From Lingula anatina (Eukaryota > Animalia > Brachiopoda): a stretch of DNA of 64,000 nucleotides. Made by a program: the position numbers and the translations under genes. The notes below the pieces were generated by a model. The model searched no databases. It was given only the letters and a program-made list of their open reading frames with translations, and was not told the DNA's origin. Positions 48,301-63,300 of this stretch are shown here, one piece after another; position 1 is the stretch's first letter; each line of letters opens with the position of its first letter. The stretch spans positions 1,240,001-1,304,000 of the forward strand of contig CM120647.1 of the NCBI GenBank assembly GCA_051362555.1, read 5' to 3'.

Positions 48301-51300
48301 TCGACATGAACGGTTAAGTTCGTGATGTACACGAAGTCGTGTTTGACAACCCGACTCGGAGCTCGGAGTTTGTTCTACACTAAGATTGATTTTGGCTTTA
48401 CCCATGTTATTAAAGAGTACAGGGGGATCAGAGGCGGTGCACAACAGGCGGGTGGGTTTTACTTTTAGCGAGACCATAAGAGGAGAGAATAAAGAAAAAT
48501 GACAAAACATTCAAGTGTTTAATTACTGGTGCGATTGCAGCCATGGGAATTTTGAGTAAAACATGTTTGGCAAATAATTCCGCCGAGGAGATATCGTTTT
48601 TGTACCGAACACGCTGAACAGGTGGTATGACGTGCTGTTATACGGCCGGCCGGAAAAGCTACAGAATTAAAACAAGTTGGATCGTATTCATTGATAGGCC
48701 TGCTCTGTACGTTCCTAGTGGGATGACTTCGGATGCTTTTATTTTCATTTGGTTTTGCATTGAGATAACGTTTGGTTTCACCTTTGACGTTTTAGAGCAC
48801 GCTGACGTCCACAGCCGTTCACCCCTCAGCGGCTTTAGTATTGAGTAGTCTTTACTCTTTCCAATGTCGACTGCGGACTTGCCCCTGGTACCGTATGAAC
48901 ATATGTACAGTCTTGAGAACCCAGGGCCCAAGACTGGAAAGGAGGGGCATAATAAGACAAAACGTGTGCCTGATAAAAGGAGTAGAGATGACGCGACTTT
49001 TGTAAAAAATCAAAAGTTTTCTCTCTGCTAATCCCACCAAAAAGATAGCATATTTTGATGAAATGCAAGCTATACGGAGTTAGTTATATCTGTGACACCA
49101 ATATAAAGAATTTTAACTGAAGAGAAAGGAAATAAAATTATCGACGCAGATGTAAATTTTCTAAAGAATACCGTATTATTATGCAAAAGGTAATTTGCTA
49201 GGTCCCACGAGCGCCCTCATTCGTTCTCGTCTAGTGACATCCCGATTCAGGGGCCAGGTCGTTGTCGTGATGGACTGACGTGCCTCATCCGGGATTCGAA
49301 CCCGTGACTTTGCGTTACCAAGGTTGGTGACGCTTTGGATGTCTCATTTGCATTCATGCACTCTACCGACTGCTCCGTGACTGACCCGCCCACCCTCCGT
49401 ACGTGCCAGTTTCCTCTTATAGTAATCAATCCGCAATTTTTAAAAAATTAATTCTGGCAAAAACATTAACATCGTAGCTGCTGTGACTCGAACCGGCGTC
49501 CCAGTGTCTGCTGGCTGACAAGACAGCAGAGTTACCACGCAGCCACGACAGCTCCGTTGACACGATGTCATCGGATGGAAACTTTCAACCTCGTCACAGA
49601 AAGCGCCAGATTGGGTGTACGTGTGTAGACCTGCTGTCGCAATCGATAATCCGGGTGCCGCATTTCAGCCCACGCAACCCCAGTCCTCGACATGAACGGT
49701 TAAGTTCGTGATGTACACGAAGTCGTGTTTGACAACCCGACTCGGAGCTCGGAGTTTGTTCTACACTAAGATTGATTTTGGCTTTACCCATGTTATTAAA
49801 GAGTACAGGGGGATCAGAGGCGGTGCACAACAGGCGGGTGGGTTTTACTTTTAGCGAGACCATAAGAGGAGAGAATAAAGAAAAATGACAAAACATTCAA
49901 GTGTTTAATTACTGGTGCGATTGCAGCCATGGGAATTTTGAGTAAAACATGTTTGGCAAATAATTCCGCCGAGGAGATATCGTTTTTGTACCGAACACGC
50001 TGAACAGGTGGTATGACGTGCTGTTATACGGCCGGCCGGAAAAGCTACAGAATTAAAACAAGTTGGATCGTATTCATTGATAGGCCTGCTCTGTACGTTC
50101 CTAGTGGGATGACTTCGGATGCTTTTATTTTCATTTGGTTTTGCATTGAGATAACGTTTGGTTTCACCTTTGACGTTTTAGAGCACGCTGACGTCCACAG
50201 CCGTTCACCCCTCAGCGGCTTTAGTATTGAGTAGTCTTTACTCTTTCCAATGTCGACTGCGGACTTGCCCCTGGTACCGTATGAACATATGTACAGTCTT
50301 GAGAACCCAGGGAAAAATACTGGAAAGGAGGGGCATAATAAGACAAAACGTGTGCCTGATAAAAGGAGTAGAGGTGACGCGACTTTTGTAAAAAATCAAA
50401 AGTTTTCTCTCTGCTAATCCCACCAAAAAGAGAGCAGATTTTGATGAAATGCAAGCCATACGGAGTTAGTTATATCTGTGACACCAATATAAAGAATTTT
50501 AACTGAAGAGAAAGGAAATAAAATTATCGACGCAGATGTAAATTTTCTAAAGAATACCGTATTATTATGCAAAAGGTAATTTGCTAGGTCCCACGAGCGC
50601 CGTCATTCGTTCTCGTCTAGTGACATCCCGATTCAGGGGCCAGGTCGTTGTCGTGATGGACTGACGTGCCTCATCCGGGATTCGAACCCGTGACTTTGCG
50701 TTACCAAGGTTGGTGACGCTTTGGATGTCTCATTTGCATTCATGCACTCTACCGACTGCTCCGTGACTGACCCGCCCACCCTCCGTACGTGCCAGTTTCC
50801 TCTTATAGTAATCAATCCGCAATTTTTAAAAAATTAATTCTGGCAAAAACATTAACATCGTAGCTGCTGTGACTCGAACCGGCGTCCCAGTGTCTGCTGG
50901 CTGACAAGACAGCAGAGTTACCACGCAGCCACGACAGCTCCGTTGACACGATGTCATCGGATGGAAACTTTCAACCTCGTCACAGAAAGCGCCAGATTGG
51001 GTGTACATGTGTAGACCTGCTGTCGCAATCGATAATCCTGGTGCCGCATTTCAGCCCACGCAACCCCAGTCCTCGACATGAACGGTTAAGTTCGTGATGT
51101 ACACGAAGTCGTGTTTGACAACCCGAGTCGGAGCTCGGAGTTTGTTCTACACTAAGATTGATTTTGGCTTTACCCATGTTATTAAAGAGTACAGGGGGAT
51201 CAGAGGCGGTGCACAACAGGCGGGTGGGTTTTACTTTTAGCGAGACCATAAGAGGAGAGAATAAAGAAAAATGACAAAACATTCAAGTGTTTAATTACTG

Positions 51301-54300
51301 GTGCGATTGCAGCCATGGGAATTTTGAGTAAAACATGTTTGGCAAATAATTCCGCCGAGGAGATATCGTTTTTGTACCGAACACGCTGAACAGGTGGTAT
51401 GACGTGCTGTTATACGGCCGGCCGGAAAAGCTACAGAATTAAAACAAGTTGGATCGTATTCATTGATAGGCCTGCTCTGTACGTTCCTAGTGGGATGACT
51501 TCGGATGCTTTTATTTTCATTTGGTTTTGCATTGAGATAACGTTTGGTTTCACCTTTGACGTTTTAGAGCACGCTGACGTCCACAGCCGTTCACCCCTCA
51601 GCGGCTTTAGTATTGAGTAGTCTTTACTCTTTCCAATGTCGACTGCGGACTTGCCCCTGGTACCGTATGAACATATGTACAGTCTTGAGAACCCAGGGAA
51701 AAATACTGGAAAGGAGGGGCATAATAAGACAAAACGTGTGCCTGATAAAAGGAGTAGAGGTGACGCGACTTTTGTAAAAAATCAAAAGTTTTCTCTCTGC
51801 TAATCCCACCAAAAAGAGAGCAGATTTTGATGAAATGCAAGCCATACGGAGTTAGTTATATCTGTGACACCAATATAAAGAATTTTAACTGAAGAGAAAG
51901 GAAATAAAATTATCGACGCAGATGTAAATTTTCTAAAGAATACCGTATTATTATGCAAAAGGTAATTTGCTAGGTCCCACGAGCGCCGTCATTCGTTCTC
52001 GTCTAGTGACATCCCGATTCAGGGGCCAGGTCGTTGTCGTGATGGACTGACGTGCCTCATCCGGGATTCGAACCCGTGACTTTGCGTTACCAAGGTTGGT
52101 GACGCTTTGGATGTCTCATTTGCATTCATGCACTCTACCGACTGCTCCGTGACTGACCCGCCCACCCTCCGTACGTGCCAGTTTCCTCTTATAGTAATCA
52201 ATCCGCAATTTTTAAAAAATTAATTCTGGCAAAAACATTAACATCGTAGCTGCTGTGACTCGAACCGGCGTCCCAGTGTCTGCTGGCTGACAAGACAGCA
52301 GAGTTACCACGCAGCCACGACAGCTCCGTTGACACGATGTCATCGGATGGAAACTTTCAACCTCGTCACAGAAAGCGCCAGATTGGGTGTACATGTGTAG
52401 ACCTGCTGTCGCAATCGATAATCCTGGTGCCGCATTTCAGCCCACGCAACCCCAGTCCTCGACATGAACGGTTAAGTTCGTGATGTACACGAAGTCGTGT
52501 TTGACAACCCGAGTCGGAGCTCGGAGTTTGTTCTACACCAAGATTGATTTTGGCTTTACCCATGTTATTAAAGAGTACAGGGGGATCAGAGGCGGTGCAC
52601 AACAGGCGGGTTTTACTTTTAGCGGGACCATAAGATGAGAGAATAAAAAAAAAATACAAAACATTCAAGTGTTTAATTACTGGTGCGATTGCAGTCTTGG
52701 GAATTTTGAGTTAAACATATTTGGCAAATAATTCCGCCGAGGAGATATCGTTTTTGTACCGCACACGGTTAACAAGTGGTATGACGTGCTGTTATACGGC
52801 CGGCCGGAAAAGCTACAGAATTAAAACAAGTTGGATCGTATTCATTGATAGGCCTGCTCTGTACGTTCCTAGTGATATGACTTCGGATGCTTTTATTTTC
52901 ATTTGGTTTTGCATTGAGATAACGTTTGGTTTCACCTTTGACGTTTTAGAGCACGCTGACGTCCACAGCCGTTCACACCTCGGCGGCTTTAGTATTGAGT
53001 AGTCTTTACTCTTTCCAATGTCGACTTCGTACTTGCCCCGGGTACCGTATGAACATATGAACAGTCTTGAGAACCCAGGGCCCAATACTGGAAAGGAGGG
53101 GCATAATAAGACAAAATGTGTGCCTGATAAAAGGAGTAGAGGTGACGCGAATTTTGTAAAAAATCAAAAGTTTTCTCTCTGCTAATCCCACCAAAAAGAG
53201 AGCAGATTTTGATGAAATGCAAGCCATACGGAGTTACTTATATCTGTGACACCAATATAAAGACTTTTAACTGAAGAGAAAGGAAATAAAATTGTCGACG
53301 CAGATGTAAACTTTCTAAAGTATACCGTATTATTATGCAAAAGGTAATTTGCTAGGTCCCACGAGCGCCCTCACTCGTTCTCTTCTAGTGACATCCCGAT
53401 TCAGGGGCCAGGTCGTTGTCGTGATGGACTGACGTGCCTCATCCGGGACTCGAACCCATGACTTTGCGTTACCAAGGTTGATGACGCTTTGGATGTCTCA
53501 TATGCATCCATGCACGCTACCGACTGCTCCGTGACTGACCCGCCCACCCTCCGTACGTGCGAGTTTCCTCTTATACTAATCAATCGCAATTTTTAAAAAA
53601 ATAATTCTGGCAAAAACATTGACACCGTAGCTGCTGTGACTCGAACCGGCGTCCCAGTGTCTGCTGGCTGGCAAGACAGCAGAGTTACCACGCAGCCACG
53701 ACAGCTCCGTTGACACGATGTCATCGGATGGAAACTTTCAACCTCGTCACGGAAAGCGCCAGATTGGGTGTACGTGTGTAGACCTGCTGTCGCAATCGAT
53801 AATCCGGGTGCCGCATTTCAGCCCACGCAACCCCAGTCCTCGACATGAACGGTTAAGTTCGTGATGTACACGAAGTCGTGTTTGACAACCCGACTCGGAG
53901 CTCGGAGTTTGTTCTACACTAAGATTGATTTTGGCTTTACCCATGTTATTAAAGAGTACAGGGGGATCAGAGGCGGTGCACAACAGGCGGGTGGGTTTTA
54001 CTTTTAGCGAGACCATAAGAGGAGAGAATAAAGAAAAATGACAAAACATTCAAGTGTTTAATTACTGGTGCGATTGCAGCCATGGGAATTTTGAGTAAAA
54101 CATGTTTGGCAAATAATTCCGCCGAGGAGATATCGTTTTTGTACCGAACACGCTGAACAGGTGGTATGACGTGCTGTTATACGGCCGGCCGGAAAAGCTA
54201 CAGAATTAAAACAAGTTGGATCGTATTCATTGATAGGCCTGCTCTGTACGTTCCTAGTGATATGACTTCGGATGCTTTTATTTTCATTTGGTTTTGCATT

Positions 54301-56458
54301 GAGATAACGTTTGGTTTCACCTTTGACGTTTTAGAGCACGCTGACGTCCACAGCCGTTCACACCTCGGCGGCTTTAGTATTGAGTAGTCTTTACTCTTTC
54401 CAATGTCGACTTCGTACTTGCCCCGGGTACCGTATGAACATATGAACAGTCTTGAGAACCCAGGGCCCAATACTGGAAAGGAGGGGCATAATAAGACAAA
54501 ATGTGTGCCTGATAAAAGGAGTAGAGGTGACGCGAATTTTGTAAAAAATCAAAAGTTTTCTCTCTGCTAATCCCACCAAAAAGAGAGCAGATTTTGATGA
54601 AATGCAAGCCATACGGAGTTACTTATATCTGTGACACCAATATAAAGACTTTTAACTGAAGAGAAAGGAAATAAAATTGTCGACGCAGATGTAAACTTTC
54701 TAAAGTATACCGTATTATTATGCAAAAGGTAATTTGCTAGGTCCCACGAGCGCCCTCACTCGTTCTCTTCTAGTGACATCCCGATTCAGGGGCCAGGTCG
54801 TTGTCGTGATGGACTGACGTGCCTCATCCGGGACTCGAACCCATGACTTTGCGTTACCAAGGTTGATGACGCTTTGGATGTCTCATATGCATCCATGCAC
54901 GCTACCGACTGCTCCGTGACTGACCCGCCCACCCTCCGTACGTGCGAGTTTCCTCTTATACTAATCAATCGCAATTTTTAAAAAAATAATTCTGGCAAAA
55001 ACATTGACACCGTAGCTGCTGTGACTCGAACCGGCGTCCCAGTGTCTGCTGGCTGGCAAGACAGCAGAGTTACCACGCAGCCACGACAGCTCCGTTGACA
55101 CGATGTCATCGGATGGAAACTTTCAACCTCGTCACGGAAAGCGCCAGATTGGGTGTACGTGTGTAGACCTGCTGTCGCAATCGATAATCCGGGTGCCGCA
55201 TTTCAGCCCACGCAACCCCAGTCCTCGACATGAACGGTTAAGTTCGTGATGTACACGAAGTCGTGTTTGACAACCCGACTCGGAGCTCGGAGTTTGTTCT
55301 ACAGTAAGATTGATTTTGGCTTTACCCATGTTATTAAAGAGTACAGGGGGATCAGAGGCGGTGCACAACAGGCGGGTGGGTTTTACTTTTAGCGAGACCA
55401 TAAGAGGAGAGAATAAAGAAAAATGACAAAACATTCAAGTGTTTAATTACTGGTGCGATTGCAGCCATGGGAATTTTGAGTAAAACATGTTTGGCAAATA
55501 ATTCCGCCGAGGAGATATCGTTTTTGTACCGAACACGCTGAACAGGTGGTATGACGTGCTGTTATACGGCCGGCCGGAAAAGCTACAGAATTAAAACAAG
55601 TTGGATCGTATTCATTGATAGGCCTGCTCTGTACGTTCCTAGTGGGATGACTTCGGATGCTTTTATTTTCATTTGGTTTTGCATTGAGATAACGTTTGGT
55701 TTCACCTTTGACGTTTTAGAGCACGCTGACGTCCACAGCCGTTCACCCCTCAGCGGCTTTAGTATTGAGTAGTCTTTACTCTTTCCAATGTCGACTGCGG
55801 ACTTGCCCCTGGTACCGTATGAACATATGTACAGTCTTGAGAACCCAGGGCCCAAGACTGGAAAGGAGGGGCATAATAAGACAAAACGTGTGCCTGATAA
55901 AAGGAGTAGAGATGACGCGACTTTTGTAAAAAATCAAAAGTTTTCTCTCTGCTAATCCCACCAAAAAGATAGCATATTTTGATGAAATGCAAGCCATACG
56001 GAGTTAGTTATATCTGTGACACCAATATAAAGAATTTTAACTGAAGAGAAAGGAAATAAAATTATCGACGCAGATGTAAATTTTCTAAAGAATACCGTAT
56101 TATTATGCAAAAGGTAATTTGCTAGGTCCCACGAGCGCCCTCATTCGTTCTCGTCTAGTGACATCCCGATTCAGGGGCCAGGTCGTTGTCGTGATGGACT
56201 GACGTGCCTCATCCGGGATTCGAACCCGTGACTTTGCGTTACCAAGGTTGGTGACGCTTTGGATGTCTCATTTGCATTCATGCACTCTACCGACTGCTCC
56301 GTGACTGACCCGCCCACCCTCCGTACGTGCCAGTTTCCTCTAATAGTAATCAATCCGCAATTTTTAAAAAATTAATTCTGGCAAAAACATTAACATCGTA
56401 GCTGCTGTGACTCGAACCGGCGTCCCAGTGTCTGCTGGCTGACAAGACAGCAGAGTTA

Positions 56459-57387
56459 TATGGGCGGCGGTTTATACAAAAATGCAAAACACGATTAGTC
56501 GTCATCGCTATCAGATCAGAAGGCAAAATACGACTAGTAGTCGTCAAAACGCAACTAGTCATCAAAACGCAACTAGTCATCAAAACGCAACTAGTCATCA
56601 TCAAAACGCAACTTGTCATCATCAAAACGCAACTAGTCATCATCAAAACGCAACTTGTCATCAAAACGCGATTTGACGCCAGATGGCGCCCATTGTACGA
56701 AAATCTAGGCCAAGTCACATGATCCACAGTGATCAAAATGGCGGACGTTATTGAAGCAGCATTATCATATTCCTAGCTCGAACTCGAGAATTATCTCGAG
56801 TTCGAGATATTATTATATATATAATATCATTATTAGATTGTACGCGTAGAGATAATTCTCGAAATAATAAATAATTAAATAATTTATTAAATAATTTGGA
56901 CATGTTATAAATTAAAAAAAAAAACAAAAACACACACTTGTGAAGCACTGCTTTATTGTTGTACTCATTTCACAAGTTCCAGATATTATTATATATATAA
57001 TATCATTATTAGATTGTACGCGTAGAGATAATTCTCGAGTTCGAGCGAGGAATATGATAATGCTGCTTCAATAACGTCCGCCATTTTGATCACTGTGGAT
57101 CATGTGACTTGGCCTAGATTTTCGTACAATGGGCGCCATCTGGCGTCAAATCGCGTTTTGATGACAAGTTGCGTTTTGATGATGACTAGTTGCGTTTTGA
57201 TGATGACAAGTTGCGTTTTGATGATGACTAGTTGCGTTTTGATGACTAGTTGCGTTTTGACGACTACTAGTCGTATTTTGCCTTCTGATCTGATAACGAC
57301 GACGACTAATCGTGTTTTCATTTCGACTGATCTGATAACGATGACGACTAATCGTGTTTTGCATTTTTGTATAAACCGCCGCCCATA
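56459..57387. mobile_element. 929-bp foldback-type non-autonomous DNA transposon, IS3EU-like, inserted in an array unit
   Basis: Ends TATGGGCGGCGGTTTATACAAAAATGC / GCATTTTTGTATAAACCGCCGCCCATA. Imperfect TIRs of ~340 bp contain 18/21-bp CAAAACGCAACTAGTCAT repeats. 6-bp TSD GAGTTA (56453-56458, 57388-57393); the empty site is visible in all other units. Confidence 0.92.
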
Positions 57388-60300
57388 GAGTTACCACGCA
57401 GCCACGACAGCTCCGTTGACACGATGTCATCGGATGGAAACTTTCAACCTCGTCACAGAAAGCGCCAGATTGGGTGTACATGTGTAGATCTGCTGTCGCA
57501 ATCGATAATCCTGGTGCCGCATTTCAGCCCACGCAACCCCAGTCCTCGACATGAACGGTTAAGTTCGTGATGTACACGAAGTCGTGTTTGACAACCCGAG
57601 TCGGAGCTCGGAGTTTGTTCTACTCTAAGATTGATTTTGGCTTTACCCATGTTATTAAAGAGTACAGGGGGATCAGAGGCGGTGCACAACAGGCGGGTGG
57701 GTTTTACTTTTAGCGAGACCATAAGAGGAGAGAATAAAGAAAAATGACAAAACATTCAAGTGTTTAATTACTGGTGCGATTGCAGCCATGGGAATTTTGA
57801 GTAAAACATGTTTGGCAAATAATTCCGCCGAGGAGATATCGTTTTTGTACCGAACACGCTGAACAGGTGGTATGACGTGCTGTTATACGGCCGGCCGGAA
57901 AAGCTACAGAATTAAAACAAGTTGGATCGTATTCATTGATAGGCCTGCTCTGTACGTTCCTAGTGGGATGACTTCGGATGCTTTTATTTTCATTTGGTTT
58001 TGCATTGAGATAACGTTTGGTTTCACCTTTGACGTTTTAGAGAACGCTGACGTCCACAGCCGTTCACCCCTCAGCGGCTTTAGTATTGAGTAGTCTTTAC
58101 TCTTTCCAATGTCGACTTCGTACTTGCCCCGTATGAACATATGAACAGTCTTGAGAACCCAGGGCCCAAGACTGGAAAGGAGGGGCATAATAAGACAAAA
58201 TGTGTGCCTGATAAAAGGAGTAGAGGTGACGCGACTTTTGTAAAAAATCAAAAGTTTTCTCTCTGCTAATCCCACCAAAAAGAGAGCAGATTTTGATGAA
58301 ATGCAAGCCATACGGAGTTACTTATATCTGTGACACCAATATAAAGACTTTTAACTGAAGAGAAAGGAAATAAAATTGTCGACGCAGATGTAAACTTTCT
58401 AAAGTATACCGTATTATTATGCAAAAGGTAATTTGCTAGGTCCCACGAGCGCCCTCACTCGTTCTCTTCTAGTGACATCCCGATTCAGGGGCCAGGTCGT
58501 TGTCGTGATGGACTGACGTGCCTCATCCGGGACTCGAACCCATGACTTTGCGTTACCAAGGTTGATGACGCTTTGGATGTCTCATATGCATCCATGCACG
58601 CTACCGACTGCTCCGTGACTGACCCGCCCACCCTCCGTACGTGCGAGTTTCCTCTTATACTAATCAATCGCAATTTTTAAAAAAATAATTCTGGCAAAAA
58701 CATTGACACCGTAGCTGCTGTGACTCGAACCGGCGTCCCAGTGTCTGCTGGCTGGCAAGACAGCAGAGTTACCACGCAGCCACGACAGCTCCGTTGACAC
58801 GAAATCATCGGATGGAAACTTTCAACCTCGTCACGGAAAGCGCCAGATTGGGTGTACGTGTGTAGACCTGCTGTCGCAATCGATAATCCGGGTGCCGCAT
58901 TTCAGCCCACGCAACCCCAGTCCTCGACATGAACGGTTAAGTTCGTGATGTACACGAAGTCGTGTTTGACAACCCGAGTCGGAGCTCGGAGTTTGTTCTA
59001 CACCAAGATTGATTTTGGCTTTACCCATGTTATTAAAGAGTACAGGGGGATCAGAGGCGGTGCACAACAGGCGGGTTTTACTTTTAGCGGGACCATAAGA
59101 TGAGAGAATAAAAAAAAAAATACAAAACATTCAAGTGTTTAATTACTGGTGCGATTGCAGTCTTGGGAATTTTGAGTTAAACATATTTGGCAAATAATTC
59201 CGCCTAGGAGATATCGTTTTTCTACCGCACACGGTTAACAAGTGGTATGACGTGCTGTTATACGGCCGGCCGGAAAAGCTACAGAATTAAAACAAGTTGG
59301 ATCGTATTCATTGATAGGCCTGCTCTGTACGTTCCTAGTGATATGACTTCGGATGCTTTTATTTTCATTTGGTTTTGCATTGAGATAACGTTTGGTTTCA
59401 CCTTTGACGTTTTAGAGCACGCTGACGTCCACAGCCGTTCACACCTCGGCGGCTTTAGTATTGAGTAGTCTTTACTCTTTCCAATGTCGACTTCGTACTT
59501 GCCCCGGGTACCGTATGAACATATGAACAGTCTTGAGAACCCAGGGCCCAATACTGGAAAGGAGGGGCATAATAAGACAAAATGTGTGCCTGATAAAAGG
59601 AGTAGAGGTGACGCGACTTTTGTAAAAAATCAAAAGTTTTCTCTCTGCTAATCCCACCAAAAAGAGAGCAGATTTTGATGAAATGCAAGCCATACGGAGT
59701 TACTTATATCTGTGACACCAATATAAAGACTTTTAACTGAAGAGAAAGGAAATAAAATTGTCGACGCAGATGTAAACTTTCTAAAGTATACCGTATTATT
59801 ATGCAAAAGGTAATTTGCTAGGTCCCACGAGCGCCCTCACTCGTTCTCTTCTAGTGACATCCCGATTCAGGGGCCAGGTCGTTGTCGTGATGGACTGACG
59901 TGCCTCATCCGGGACTCGAACCCATGACTTTGCGTTACCAAGGTTGATGACGCTTTGGATGTCTCATATGCATCCATGCACGCTACCGACTGCTCCGTGA
60001 CTGACCCGCCCACCCTCCGTACGTGCGAGTTTCCTCTTATACTAATCAATCGCAATTTTTAAAAAAATAATTCTGGCAAAAACATTGACACCGTAGCTGC
60101 TGTGACTCGAACCGGCGTCCCAGTGTCTGCTGGCTGGCAAGACAGCAGAGTTACCACGCAGCCACGACAGCTCCGTTGACACGAAATCATCGGATGGAAA
60201 CTTTCAACCTCGTCACGGAAAGCGCCAGATTGGGTGTACGTGTGTAGACCTGCTGTCGCAATCGATAATCCGGGTGCCGCATTTCAGCCCACGCAACCCC

Positions 60301-63300
60301 AGTCCTCGACATGAACGGTTAAGTTCGTGATGTACACGAAGTCGTGTTTGACAACCCGACTCGGAGCTCGGAGTTTGTTCTACACTAAGATTGATTTTGG
60401 CTTTACCCATGTTATTAAAGAGTACAGGGGGATCAGAGGCGGTGCACAACAGGCGGGTGGGTTTTACTTTTAGCGAGACCATAAGAGGAGAGAATAAAGA
60501 AAAATGACAAAACATTCAAGTGTTTAATTACTGGTGCGATTGCAGCCATGGGAATTTTGAGTTAAACATATTTGGCAAATAATTCCGCCGAGGAGATATC
60601 GTTTTTGTACCGAACAAGCTGAACAGGTGGTATGACGTGCTGTTATACGGCCGGCCGGAAAAGCTACAGAATTAAAACAAGTTGGATCGTATTCATTGAT
60701 AGGCCTGCTCTGTACGTTCCTAGTGGGATGACTTCGGATGCTTTTATTTTCATTTGGTTTTGCATTGAGATAACGTTTGGTTTCACCTTTGACGTTTTAG
60801 AGCACGCTGACGTCCACAGCCGTTCACCCCTCAGCGGCTTTAGTATTGAGTAGTCTTTACTCTTTCCAATGTCGACTGCGGACTTGCCCCTGGTACCGTA
60901 TGAACATATGTACAGTCTTGAGAACCCAGGGCCCAAGACTGGAAAGGAGGGGCATAATAAGACAAAACGTGTGCCTGATAAAAGGAGTAGAGATGACGCG
61001 ACTTTTGTAAAAAATCAAAAGTTTTCTCTCTGCTAATCCCACCAAAAAGATAGCATATTTTGATGAAATGCAAGCCATACGGAGTTAGTTATATCTGTGA
61101 CACCAATATAAAGAATTTTAACTGAAGAGAAAGGAAATAAAATTATCGACGCAGATGTAAATTTTCTAAAGAATACCGTATTATTATGCAAAAGGTAATT
61201 TGCTAGGTCCCACGAGCGCCGTCATTCGTTCTCGTCTAGTGACATCCCGATTCAGGGGCCAGGTCGTTGTCGTGATGGACTGACGTGCCTCATCCGGGAT
61301 TCGAACCCGTGACTTTTCGTTACCAAGGTTGGTGACGCTTTGGATGTCTCATTTGCATCCATGCACTCTACCGACTGCTCCGTGACTGACCCGCCCACCC
61401 TCCGTACGTGCCAGTTTCCTCTTATAGTAATCAATCCGCAATTTTTAAAAAATTAATTCTGGCAAAAACATTAACATCGTAGCTGCTGTGACTCGAACCG
61501 GCGTCCCAGTGTCTGCTGGCTGACAAGACAGCAGAGTTACCACGCAGCCACGACAGCTCCGTTGACACGATGTCATCGGATGGAAACTTTCAACCTCGTC
61601 AAGGAGAGCGCCAGATTGGGTGTACATGTGTAGACCTGCTGTCGCAATCGATAATCCTGGTGCCGCATTTCAGCCCACGCAACCCCAGTCCTCGACATGA
61701 ACGGTTAAGTTCGTGATGTACACGAAGTCGTGTTTGACAACCCGAGTCGGAGCTCGGAGTTTGTTCTACACCAAGATTGATTTTGGCTTTACCCATGTTA
61801 TTAAAGAGTACAGGGGGATCAGAGGCGGTGCACAACAGGCGGGTTTTACTTTTAGCGGGACCATAAGATGAGAGAATAAAAAAAAAAATACAAAACATTC
61901 AAGTGTTTAATTACTGGTGCGATTGCAGTCTTGGGAATTTTGAGTTAAACATATTTGGCAAATAATTCCGCCTAGGAGATATCGTTTTTCTACCGCACAC
62001 GGTTAACAAGTGGTATGACGTGCTGTTATACGGCCGGCCGGAAAAGCTACAGAATTAAAACAAGTTGGATCGTATTCATTGATAGGCCTGCTCTGTACGT
62101 TCCTAGTGATATGACTTCGGATGCTTTTATTTTCATTTGGTTTTGCATTGAGATAACGTTTGGTTTCACCTTTGACGTTTTAGAGCACGCTGACGTCCAC
62201 AGCCGTTCACACCTCGGCGGCTTTAGTATTGAGTAGTCTTTACTCTTTCCAATGTCGACTTCGTACTTGCCCCGGGTACCGTATGAACATATGAACAGTC
62301 TTGAGAACCCAGGGCCCAATACTGGAAAGGAGGGGCATAATAAGACAAAATGTGTGCCTGATAAAAGGAGTAGAGGTGACGCGACTTTTGTAAAAAATCA
62401 AAAGTTTTCTCTCTGCTAATCCCACCAAAAAGAGAGCAGATTTTGATGAAATGCAAGCCATACGGAGTTACTTATATCTGTGACACCAATATAAAGACTT
62501 TTAACTGAAGAGAAAGGAAATAAAATTGTCGACGCAGATGTAAACTTTCTAAAGTATACCGTATTATTATGCAAAAGGTAATTTGCTAGGTCCCACGAGC
62601 GCCCTCACTCGTTCTCTTCTAGTGACATCCCGATTCAGGGGCCAGGTCGTTGTCGTGATGGACTGACGTGCCTCATCCGGGACTCGAACCCATGACTTTG
62701 CGTTACCAAGGTTGATGACGCTTTGGATGTCTCATATGCATCCATGCACGCTACCGACTGCTCCGTGACTGACCCGCCCACCCTCCGTACGTGCGAGTTT
62801 CCTCTTATACTAATCAATCGCAATTTTTAAAAAAATAATTCTGGCAAAAACATTAACATCGTAGCTGCTGTGACTCGAACCGGCGTCCCAGTGTCTGCTG
62901 GCTGGCAAGACAGCAGAGTTACCACGCAGCCACGACAGCTCCGTTGACACGATGTCATCGGATGGAAACTTTCAACCTCGTCACGGAAAGCGCCAGATTG
63001 GGTGTACGTGTGTAGACCTGCTGTCGCAATCGATAATCCGGGTGCCGCATTTCAGCCCACGCAACCCCAGTCCTCGACATGAACGGTTAAGTTCGTGATG
63101 TACACGAAGTCGTGTTTGACAACCCGACTCGGAGCTCGGAGTTTGTTCTACACTAAGATTGATTTTGGCTTTACCCATGTTATTAAAGAGTACAGGGGGA
63201 TCAGAGGCGGTGCACAACAGGCGGGTGGGTTTTACTTTTAGCGAGACCATAAGAGGAGAGAATAAAGAAAAATGACAAAACATTCAAGTGTTTAATTACT

